From Camelus ferus (taxonomy: Eukaryota), in assembly GCF_009834535.1 (NCBI RefSeq), contig NC_045697.1, positions 18,354,001 to 18,418,000 of the forward strand: a DNA stretch of 64,000 bases. The letters are read 5' to 3'. Numbering within the stretch: position 1 is the first letter of the stretch; each line of letters opens with the position of its first letter. Positions 1 through 10,237 of this stretch are shown in pieces. The notes under the pieces are model-generated. The model was not told where the DNA came from, searched no databases, and was given only the letters and a program-made list of their open reading frames with translations. A program made the position numbers and the translations under genes.

Positions 1-1200
1 GGCCACCTGCCGCCGCCGCTGCCGCCGGACCCGCCGCCGCCTCCACTGCCGCTCCCGCCGTCGCCGCCCCCGCAGGCCCAGCCGAGCGCCGGCTCCTCCC
101 CGCCTCCCGGTCCCCGTCCCCTCCCTCCGCTCCGCTCCTTGCCCAGCCCGCCTCCAGGCAGCTCCCTCCGGCCCCCAGGCCTCCACCCCTGGGGGCAGCC
201 GGGGCCCCGCAGGTGGGGACCGACCCCGGTCCGGCCCCCTGGCCGCCGCCCCTCGCTCTGGGCCGGCCCCCCCTTTCCCTTTCTTTCCTTTCCTCCCCCG
301 CCCCCTTTCCGCTCTCTTCCTCCCCATGATCCCGCTCCCCTCCGTTTCCCTCTTTCCCTCACCCCAGTTCTCTCACTCTCACCTCTCTCTTCGTAACCCC
401 GCTTTTTTTTTTTGCACTTTCTCCTTTCTCTCCCTCTCAGTTTCCTCTCTCTCCTCCCTCCCTTTCTCATTCTATTCCTCTCCGGCACATCCCTTCTCTC
501 CCACCCACTCCTTTGGCGGGTCGCGCAGCCCAGTTCCCGCCCGTGCAATGGGTTTTTGTTTGGTGGCTTTTTTGGCGAGGGCGCCATTCCCGCCCGGCGC
601 AGGGCGAGTGTGCCCCCTGGAGTTGCGCCACGCAGCGGCCCAGCTTCCATTCCTTGAGGATGGATTTTGACCCCTGCCAACAAACACCTGTCCACCTACA
701 GGGGTGGGGCCGTCTCCCTGCAGACATATTTTTAGCCCGGGTTGTGCCCCACCCTGCCGGCTGGTTCGTGGCACGTTCTGGATGCTTCTCGAGGGTTTTG
801 TGCGGGGCTGGCGCCGCCGCCGCCGAGCTCTTTGTTTTAATTGTCCAGAGTATCAGCGCCCAAAGCGGCTTTGGATTTGATTTGCATCCCTGGGCCACGG
901 CTTCCACTTTGGACCGAGAAGAAAATGAATTAATTAGGCCAATGCAATTGCGCTCAAGCCCCAAGTGAAAGGGGTGAGGCTCTTGAAGTGCGCGAACAGC
1001 TTTAAAAAACATATATCCAGGTGCATCTTTGGCCCTGGGGACACAGATTGGGACTGGCTGGTTGCCAACTCGGATTCCGCCTCCAGGCCAGGGGTCCTGC
1101 TCGAGGGATCCCCAGCTCGCGCCAGCTCTGTGCTCTGGGAAGCGCGTGGCTGGGTCTAACAGCTCAGACAATTTGCTTGGGCCGCTCAGCTGCTCTGAAA
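1..1200 (-). promoter_or_regulatory. SEL1L3: CpG island: probable promoter and 5' UTR of SEL1L3 (gene body lies left of the window, minus strand)
   Basis: Seen: very GC/CpG-rich sequence with GCC runs at 8-70; the minus strand ends ...GGCGGCAGGTGGCC at the window edge, a Kozak-like context. Known: SEL1L3 lies head-to-head upstream of SMIM20 in mammals. No SEL1L3 codons are visible, so the gene name is a synteny inference. Confidence 0.6.
265..512. repeat. Polypyrimidine/polypurine low-complexity tract
   Basis: About 250 nt of mostly C/T on the + strand, including a T run at about 403-413. Confidence 0.85.
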
Positions 1201-1578
1201 CAGTTAACTCACCTTCGAAAGTTCTCAGCGGCTTCCCTTTGGCACTGGTGGATTTGTGCGGATTGGAACTAATAATAGATTGGGAGTCTGAGAGGACTCA
1301 GCCCTTTTTCCCTGTGGAAGGGCCACCACAGCAGGCCAAGTCCCGACCCCGACGGGCCTCAGGAGAGGCTGGTGTGAAGACAGGATGCCCTGGGTAGGGG
1401 TTAGACCAACTCTGGAATCCCCTGTGCCTGCATATGCCCTCAGACATCTCAGTACAGCCCTGGCCACACTTAGCAGCTTGGCTGAGTCATCCCTCACTTT
1501 TTTTAGGTCACCTAAGGGCTGTGGCCCTGGGTCAGGCTCTAGGCTCCGAGTCACTCGCTGCAAAGTAATGGCTTCTGT

Positions 1579-1750
1579 CAGTGGTTCTCAAACTTCAGCC
1601 TGCATCCTAGTCACCAGGAGGGCTTGTTAAAAGACGCATCTCTGAGCAACCTGGCTCGAATTCTGGTTTCATTTGGTCCTGGGTGGGGCTCAAGAAGCTG
1701 CCTTGCTAACAAGCTCGTATGTGATGCTACTGCTGGTTCTAGAATCACCG
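1579..1750. mobile_element. MER5A-like hAT-Charlie DNA transposon relic
   Basis: Starts CAGTGGTTCTCAAACTT; internal GAGGGCTTGTTAAAA and TAACAAGCTC...GTGATGCT...TGCTGGT motifs. Confidence 0.75.
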
Positions 1751-3518
1751 GCTTATAAGAAAGGGTCACATGGCTCCTCTCTCATCCAGCAGCCACCACA
1801 TTAAAGTGTTTGAGGGTTTCTTTGTTTGACCACCCCTTGTCCCACTTCCACAGACCCAAAGCACTTAAAATTCTCCCGTGTGATGTAGAAAAACATTTAT
1901 TCCATCAAGTGTCCCAGGGGATAAAAGATTTGATGGCTTTGTCCCAGATCGTGTCCATATGTTTTTTTTAACGTTAGGTCAAAGTATAGACAATACTTTT
2001 TAATGTATGTGGAAGGGAAACTGTTCCAGTTCCAAAGAACAGGGTTTCGTAATATTTCTGGGGTTTCTACCTGTATTCCTGGCCTCCCTCCGGGTTGTCT
2101 CTCCTCCCTCATTGCACACGGTTTGGGTTGGTCTTTAGGGAACTGAATGCTTCCCTCAGGTTGTTTGTAATCAGAATTCATGGAATCGAAATTTTCAAGC
2201 CTTATGAGCTTTAAGGGTTTGAGTTTACCTAACTGTAGTCCCTGTGGAGACACCCCACAGGGGGCTGGGCTATTTTTAGCATGATATCCCCAATGTCTCA
2301 CTTCCTCATCTTCTGCTGTGCTCCTACTGTGCATCTGACACCACCCACAGGTCCTGGGAATCCAGAGAAGCCGCAGGCTTGCGGAAAACTGACCAAAACA
2401 CAATCTGATCCTCTAAAAGGACTTTCAGGTTGGTCTGTGGCCCAGGTCCCGGGATGAGGGGGGGGGGGCGGGCACGGGGGATGGGACTGACTGATTAATT
2501 CTGTACTGCAGAGGGGCAGAGAAAGAGAAGGTCAGGATTTCTATTCACAGTGGAGTGTGCCATTTTGATCCAGAAGACAGAACCCATTATTGCCCTTAAC
2601 TCCCCTCTAGACGTTTTTGGCAGTAATTGGAAGGGTGTGGTCTTATTTCAGTAGAAGTCCCCTGATTTAAAATTAGTCTTCTTTTCTATTGCCCTGTGGG
2701 AGGACTTAAAATTCCACCATTACAATTCATTGGCTTGAATGAAGTTGTAATACTCCACTAAAACACGTAGGCCCCTGGGGAGAGTGTGTTAATCTGGTAT
2801 CACTCATTACCGACAACGTGTAAGTCAGTTTATCTTGTCCCCTGTAAGGAGACAGTGAAAGAACAACACCACACCTCAACACAGGACAGGACGCAGGCAA
2901 CAGAGTCTGGAAGGAGGAGGGCAGCCTTGCTTATCCAAACTCAGTGGAGGGGCATCCAGAGGCCTGGAGGGTGAGGGGCCAGGGAGAATCTGCCTGCCTG
3001 GATGGGCACCGAATAATATCTGAGGCCAGTCGTTCTGACATGGTTTGAGAGCAGATAAATCTCAGGGACCAAGGCACTTGGCCAACTGTTAACTTGCTGA
3101 ATAAAAATATTTAAGCCAACCAACCAACAAAAACAGTATCATTTATCAACATTATTTCATTAAAAAGACAGGGCACTTTTATGAGCGAAAAATTAGGAAC
3201 GACCTAACATCATAATAAAAGACGATCCTTTAAACTGAATATAATTTCCTTATGAAAAACTCCTAACTTGTCTTTGTCTCATTTAGCTATGCACCAGTAG
3301 AAACTTACCTTCCAACTGGTGTTGACTATGGCTGGGCACTTGGAAACCACATTTTTAAGTACTAAGGATGTGCAGGGTCAAGAGATCTGCTCCTGCAGAA
3401 ACAGCTGACCTCGGGGTTACAAGAGGTGGGTGGGGAGGGCACCACGTAGGAGTGAAGAATGCTCTTTCTATCCCTCTCCATAAATGCCACCAGTTCTAGG
3501 GAGCCTCCCTGGTCAAAA

Positions 3519-3689
3519 CTTCAATATCTTGTAATAATTTGAAATAAATATCTATAATGGAAACACAACCTGAAATGTATGTATATAATCACTTTGCTGT
3601 ACACCTGAAACTAACACAATACTGTAAACCAACTATACTTCAATTTTCAGGGCCACTAAATAAAAATATATACATATGAAAAAAAAAAA
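3519..3689 (+). mobile_element. 5'-truncated cetartiodactyl-type L1 3' end with extra 3' sequence and an A11 tail
   Basis: Characteristic terminus AATCACTTTGCTGTACACCTGAAACTAACACAA...AACTATACTTCAAT; AATAAA at 3659-3664; poly(A) at 3679-3689. Confidence 0.75.
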
Positions 3690-5619
3690 CCCCTCAATTG
3701 GTCATTTCTCTTTGCTCCCACTGAGCATTGCCTGTAGCAGTTTAATCCTGCTTTACACCATAGTTGGTTTCTTGGCCAGCTCTCCTCCCCAGGTAGGTGA
3801 CAAGCCCTTTGAAAGCTTGTTTCTGAATCAGCCCTGTGTAGTCCCCCTTTGCCTTGCATAGAAAGGCCTTAGACAGATTCACTAAATAAAATTGAACCCA
3901 TCATCTTCCTTTTTCATTTTTCCTTCCATCCTCCCTTTCTTGTCTTCCTCCCTTCTTACTTCCTTCCTCCTTTGCCTTTTTCACTCCTGACTCTCTCCCC
4001 CATCTTCTTCCATTAGAACACAACTTTTCCAGCAGTCAGGGCTCTCTGGAATCCTGCAGCCTCCTCTCTCTTCTGTCCCCCTCTGCCTTTCTGCAATTTC
4101 AGATATTCATAATAAAGACGAATAAACTGTGACATTTGCCTTTTACATCAAGATAGAAGAGAAGAAAACAGAAGTAGAAGCGGGGACTGCCATCAGGCAA
4201 TGCTATCTCATTCCGACCGGAAGACCATGACCTTCTTTCTGCCAAGGGTGACCTTCAGGATCCAGCTAAGCCCTACACACCATTTTTAACGTTCAGTACT
4301 TCTGTTTTTCTCCTGGCACCTATTCTTTACCTTCCCTACATCCATTTCCTATCTCTCTGTTCTTTCCGTTTTGTACTGTCTGTATTGACCAATTACCTCC
4401 CAATTCTTCCTACCTCAGAACATCCCACCAGGTACCATCCTCATGTCTTGGTCCCCAGACCTTATCTTTTGAGCCTCAGGTCTGACTCTGCAGACTCTCC
4501 TCCTGTGCCCGCAGGGCCCCTACTCTGAGAAGTTGTAATGAAGAGAGAATGGATGCTGTTGTGTAACCTCAGACTTTTTCCATGTATTTCTCTGGGAATG
4601 CTGAAGATCTCGGAACTGCTCGGTCTGTAGCTCCGAAATGAGCTCTATTTCTGGGCCTGTCAGATGAAATGCTGTTGCTCCTAGTTATTTTTGGCACGTT
4701 GCCCTTCTGAATAGGTGCATATTCTGCTCAGTGCTCCCCATCCCACCCCCCCCAAGCTGGGAAAAAACAGGCAGCTTCCGTTAGCCAACTTCCCTTCCTC
4801 CCTTCTGTGTCAGGAACTCTTGTCCCCTTAAGCAGCAGCTGTCCTTTCTCTGACTGCACCCAGGATGTCTGTGCAGTGTCCAGGTGGGCAGCAGGGAAAT
4901 CCACTCTCTGGCCACTGATGAAGAGCTTTGTGCGCTGAACATCCCTGAGCAGGTGCAGCCAGGTATCCAGAGCCTCTTCACTCATACGTAGGTCTGCATC
5001 CTGCCCTGCTGGGCATAGGTGCTGATCTTCTCCGGCCATCCTTGGGGGAACTTGGGATGGAGAGAGGGCGTTTCAGGCTCAGTGAGAACAGAAATATTTG
5101 TACCCGAGGGTCTGAGGAAGGAAGGTGCCCTGGGATGCAGAAGATCAAGGGCATGTGTCCATAGGTGGAAGCATGTCCTTGGATAAGCGTGTTGAGAAGA
5201 ACATGTGTGGAAAGGGAGTGGAGTAGAGAGAAGTTGGGTGTGAACATTTAGATCCACTTGGGACAGAGTGAGGAGAGAGCAGCTGGGCACTGAGGGAGAG
5301 AATGTCGGTGGAAATAATTGAAGAGGAAGAGGGAGCACTGAGAGCTTGGGGAAAGCAGCTTGTGTTGTCAAGCCCTGACAGTATTTTATAAGTGCATCCT
5401 GCAGCTGAAGTCATGATACTGAGGCAGGCATTAACATCGACCTAGGGCTTTTAGTCTGTCCGGTAATACGCAATATCAAGTCAGTATCAGCTGGGACACT
5501 TAGTAAGGTCCGCATAACATCAAGAAAAGCATAAAGAAGGGGAAACTAGACCAGAGCCCTCTTAATAGCTACTTATCTCTACAGCTTTTCACTGAGAGTT
5601 TTCTTTTTAAAATTCTCAC

Positions 5620-5800
5620 GAGTATAGCTTTGATGCATTAATTCATTTAATCCATATGACAGCCCTGAGGGAGTAAGCATTATTATCATCAACAACCTCA
5701 CTTTACAGATGAAGAAACTGAGTCATTTAAAAGATCCCAGGTCCACGGTTGGGAAGCACCAGCTGGGATTCAGTTTTGCTCAAGGACTCATGTTCACACC
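5620..5800 (-). mobile_element. MIR SINE
   Basis: MIR core TTTACAGATGAAGAAACTGAG. Confidence 0.7.
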
Positions 5801-5959
5801 ACTACACGAAACTCCCGCTGGGTGTAAGGTGATGGAGAGGCAGGCAGGTGTTGTGCAGCATATCAGGGAGTCACACCTGGGTTTCAGCCTTAGGTTTCTG
5901 TTTGGGTTTCACCAAGTGCTTGAGAACATAGGCTGCTGTCTCAGACACCCCTGTCCAGC

Positions 5960-6125
5960 TGTGCTATCCCACCACTTCCAGCTGTGTGACCTTAGGCAAA
6001 TCACTAATCCCTTTTGAAACAATCCCCACATCCGTAAAAATAAGGATAAAGTCACTGGATCTGACCCCTTACACGATATTGTGAAAGCCAGGTAAGGTAG
6101 CACAGGTGGGCGCATAGTCAATTAT
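5960..6125 (+). mobile_element. MIR SINE
   Basis: CCACTTCCAGCTGTGTGACCTTAGGCAAATCACTAA core. Confidence 0.7.
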
Positions 6126-6251
6126 CAAACCCTAGACAAGAGTAAAGCATCATTTGTGTATTATTCATTCTTGACTACTTAAAAAAAAAAAAAGGCTCAC
6201 AAAGATATCCCTGATAAGACCATGAAAAATAATAAAAGGTTAATAAATAGT

Positions 6252-6689
6252 TGTGGTAGCATGTCTCCAAAGATGACCCCCACCATGAACATCTCCCGTT
6301 ATAACCTTGCGGAGGAGGAATAAATTCCCCGAGTATGACCCGTGGGGGAATCCAGCCACCATGCGTGAACTGTGACCACTAGCATGATGTGAGAAAGCCC
6401 AAGCTAGCCATCTGGAGGGAGAGAGATAGCCGGCCTCCAGCCACTCCGGCCATCTCAGCCCTGTGACTGAGCAAACCAGCTCTCACGTTTATCCCTGTTG
6501 AGCCTTTAGATGACTCCAACCCCAGCCACACTGGGCTGAAACTGCATGAGTATCCCCAAGCAAGAGCTGCCCAGCTGAGTCCTGTCAACTCACTGAACCA
6601 TGAAAGATAAAAATAGATTGTTGTTTTGAGCCATCAAGTTTGGGGATTGTTTGGGGATTGTTTGTTCACAGCAATAGATAACTGAAACA
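6252..6689 (+). mobile_element. MaLR solo LTR (MLT1G/H-like)
   Basis: TGTGGTAG start; CTGCCCAGCTGAG motif; ends GCAATAGATAACTGAAACA. Confidence 0.75.
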
Positions 6690-7917
6690 GTGCCCTAGGC
6701 TAATTTTAGTATTTTAACTGAGCGGTCTAGTTGACTTTGAGCTTCCTGGCATTCAAAGCAAAAAGGGGAACAGGGTGGATTATGAGCACTTCTTACTGTC
6801 TTGAGGTATTATGATTTACCTGAATGGAGAGTTCATCTGACCCATCTGTTTGCAATCAAATCAGAATGAAAAGTAAACTGTCTTCCTTACATGAGATCGT
6901 CTCCTCTCTTTACTGAAGTTACAGTTGCACAGGTTCTGTAATCTGCCTTGCTGGAGCAAACCAAAGAATTGTAGCTGTCTTTAACAAAAAATGTCCCTTG
7001 CATCTGGCCCAAATCTTTCAGAATGGAACTCACTTTTTCCTGTTTGGTTCTCAGGGCATCTTCTGCCTCCCACCTCATACCCATCCCAAATTAAGTCACA
7101 AATGGGCTCGGTGACTCCAGGGTCCTAAGCAGCCAAAATTATTATTAAAATAGAAATGCTGCAAATAGTTGAAACTGAAGCAGATTGGATGATTTATTCA
7201 AACCTTCAGGAAAAATTACTATTCAGCTCAGAATTGAAATTTAGACTTGTGATTCCTAATCAACTAGAATGCAGTGCTTCCCTGATGTTAACCCCCTAAA
7301 AAGGAAAAGGGGAAAAAAAAAACCACATAAAATATATATACGGTTGCACTTGTGCCTTGGGTCCTTTAGAACCTGTGCTCTGAAAGGTCAGAAACTACAT
7401 CTATCTTCTGAATAGTGAGATGTTTAACACCTTACTGGCACTTATTAAAGCTTTTCTTCACTAAGTGACCTTCCAAGTCTATGATAATAAAAGAACTAAA
7501 ATGAGTGTGAATCAGTGAGTTCCATTCTCTCCAGTGTGGCCTTGACAGATGGGACCAGCAGGCAATCAAGGCCTGGGACGTTCGGGGAATTCTGGGTTAG
7601 CACATGGGGTGTTTGAGGTGACCTTGTCACCTGGGCCCTGAACTGGATCCAGGCAGCCCCGTCAAGGTAGTGAACCTTGTCTTCTGGGTCCTTGATCTCA
7701 TTTTCTACACTCTTCACCCTCACTTGTCTTCATACCTGTAGCTTGGATGTCAGAGTCCTTGTGCTGAAACTCTTTGTGGATAACTTAATGGTTGGGAGAA
7801 CGTGCTGGACTCAAATCCCAGCTGAGTTCCTTAGCCTATATTTGCATAAACACTTTCCAATCAGCAAGACACTTCATGTACGTGGTCCAGTGCATTGTGA
7901 CAAAATCCTCTGGAGTA

Positions 7918-8390
7918 AGTTATGGGTTGAATTGTGTTCTCTGCAAAGATGTGTTGGAGTCCTAACCCCTGGGACCTGCCAATACGACTTTATTTGAAAG
8001 TATAGTCTTTGCAGATGTGATCAAAATAAGGTGAGATCATAGGATGGGTTCTATTCCAATATGACTGCTGTCCTTACAAGAAGATGGAAATTTGGACATA
8101 GACATGCACAGAAGGATGACAACATAAAAACACAGAGGGAAGATGGTCATGTGAAGATGGAGGCAGAGATTGGAGTTTTGCATCCATGAGCCAAGGAATG
8201 CCTGGGCCGACCAGAAACTTGAAGAGGCAAGGAAGGATCCTTGTCTAGAGGTTTCAGAAGGAGCATGGCTTTGCCAGTGCCCTGATTTTGGACTTCTACC
8301 TTCCAGAACGGTAAGACAATACATTTCTGTTGTTTCAAGCCACCCAGTTTGGGACAAATTGTTCCAGTAGCCCTGGAAAACTAAAATATA
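7918..8390 (+). mobile_element. MaLR solo LTR (MLT1C-like)
   Basis: GTTATGGGTTGAATTGTG start; GGAGGCAGAGATTGGAG, AGCCAAGGAATGCC and ATTTCTGTTGTTTCAAGCCACCCAGTTTG motifs. Confidence 0.85.
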
Positions 8391-10109
8391 GGTGTTATCA
8401 CTTTTCCTATGCTTTTTAATCCAATGTTCTTGGGTACCTACTGTGTACCAGGCTCTGTGCTGAGCTCTGGAACCCAGACACAAGGCTATAGGTTAATACA
8501 AAGCAAATCAGAGACCCTGAGCCACCTGGTGAATTTCCATGCTCATTCTGTTGTGTCTCAAGCTCCCTGCAGCCACCCACCGCCCATCACCACTGACTGG
8601 TGTGTACCTATTCCCACAGCTGTCTCAGAGACAGACGGTGCTGGCACTGGAAATAACATGGGTGATCTCCTGATCCGTCTTCCTGGTTTTCCAGATGTGC
8701 CAGCTGAGGTTCAGAAGCATCTTGCCACCAACAGAAACGCAGCCTTGGACTCCAAAGCCTCTTCTCATTCCCTGGCTCTGATTAATTCATGTTATGAATA
8801 AATTCAACAAACAACAAATGTTTGTCGAATGAACACTAAATTATTAACGACTGGTAAAGAGAATGCGTTATAACTCCCCGAGGTATTTGAATGTGGAACA
8901 ATGCCTTCACCCAGAGAAGGAAATTTCTGAGAATGGAATGTGGGCCTGGGGTTGGGGAGAGTTGGGGGCAAGGGCAGTCTTGCACTGATCCTTTCTATCC
9001 TTAAGCCAACTTTTGTGTCTGCTCAAGACAGAGCTGGCTACCTTGGAGGATTCTGGAAGTGGGCTGAGGAAGAGCTTGGTCTCCTCTGTACTTTGAGAGG
9101 CCATGCAGGGCTGTGACCAGTGCCCTTCTGGATGTACAGGAAGCACTGGCCTCATTAAATGCGTGTACCACGACTGCTGTTTTAAACTCCAGCCCTGCTG
9201 AACAATTCAGAAATAGATCCATTATAGGTCTGCTTTAGCCCCAGGGCTTTAACACAGGTCACTAGAAAATCCAAGATTGCACCGTAATTCAAATTCTCAA
9301 GAGGGAAAGAAAAGAATTCTCTTCAGCACTTCCCCATCCTCCATCCCTCCCCTCCCCCAGCATAACCAGCCGGCCTCTTCATTTCTATAGTGCTTTGGAA
9401 TAAATAGCTCTTACATTGAACTTGAAATCTAAAATTTCCTTCAGCTATTAATTGATAAGAGCAGCTCATTTTACCTCTCTTGCTCTGAAGTAAGATTACA
9501 GTGTAAATAAACTGGGTCAGGTTTAGCAGGATGGACGTGAACAGTTCCCTAATTCCCCTTAATCTCTGGTAAAGGAATAATGAGGCTTTGGACGTCAGCA
9601 TTCAATAAGCAATTATGTCACCCCTTCAGACTCCATCTAAATTAGTCCGCTGTTCCCTCAGAGAGAATCCAAGGAACCGCTAAACCACACTCTTAAACTG
9701 CCACCTCTTTGTTTCATTCTAGCCCTTGAGAGGAGTCGAGGTAGTAGGGGGGATTTGATTTGATTTATGTTAATTTTTAGAGTATTAGGGATCTCTTGTT
9801 TTACTTGAAACAGATCAGGGTTTTGAAAGGGGTCAGTAAACAAGGTTTTCCCGATTACTGATCAGCACGCCAGTGCTCAGCACCTCATGAGCCTGGCTTC
9901 TCATTTTGACAGTGCATTAGAATCATTGTCTCATTATTAATCTCACCCTAGAGTTCTGAGGAGCTTATGACGCCCGTTGAAGTTAATGAAGGCTTTTACC
10001 TATAGATCTGGCGCTAAATCATTGTGATTGACTGAGTGCCCACAACGTGGTGGGCACTGAGAGAACCAACAGAAGGGAAAAAGAATTAAACAGAAGGAAA
10101 TCAAAAAGA

Positions 10110-10237
10110 GGGGAGGGTACAGCTCAGTGGTAGAGCGCATGCTCAGCATACACAACGTCGTGGGTTCAATTCCCAGTACCTCCTCTAAAAAAAAATAAAT
10201 CAGTAAACCTAATTACCCCCTCAAAATTTTTTTTTAA
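10110..10237 (+). mobile_element. Vic-1-type camelid tRNA-derived SINE
   Basis: GGGGAGGGTACAGCTCAGTGGTAGAGCGCATGC (A box), GGTTCAATTCC (B box), A-rich segment, AAACCTAATTACCCCC tail; imperfect TSD AAATCAAAAAGA / AAATTAAAAAAGA. Confidence 0.85.

Noticed and set aside
467..1171. 234-aa minus-strand ORF and overlapping ORFs in the left CpG island
   Set aside because: No recognisable protein similarity; long open frames are expected in GC-rich, low-complexity DNA.
4728..5039. 103-aa minus-strand ORF with protein-like composition
   Set aside because: No family recognised in any frame, and no poly(A) or TSD to suggest a retrocopy. A BLASTX search would settle it.
10035..10058. Hairpin AGTGCCCAC-N6-GTGGGCACT
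   Set aside because: Short stem resembling the self-complementary part of a decayed L2 3' end; too small for a miRNA precursor.
10110..10185. tRNA-Ala-like gene (also 22110-22186 and 50995-51068)
   Set aside because: SINE heads: the anticodon arm is mismatched, and each has the shared family tail and flanking TSDs.
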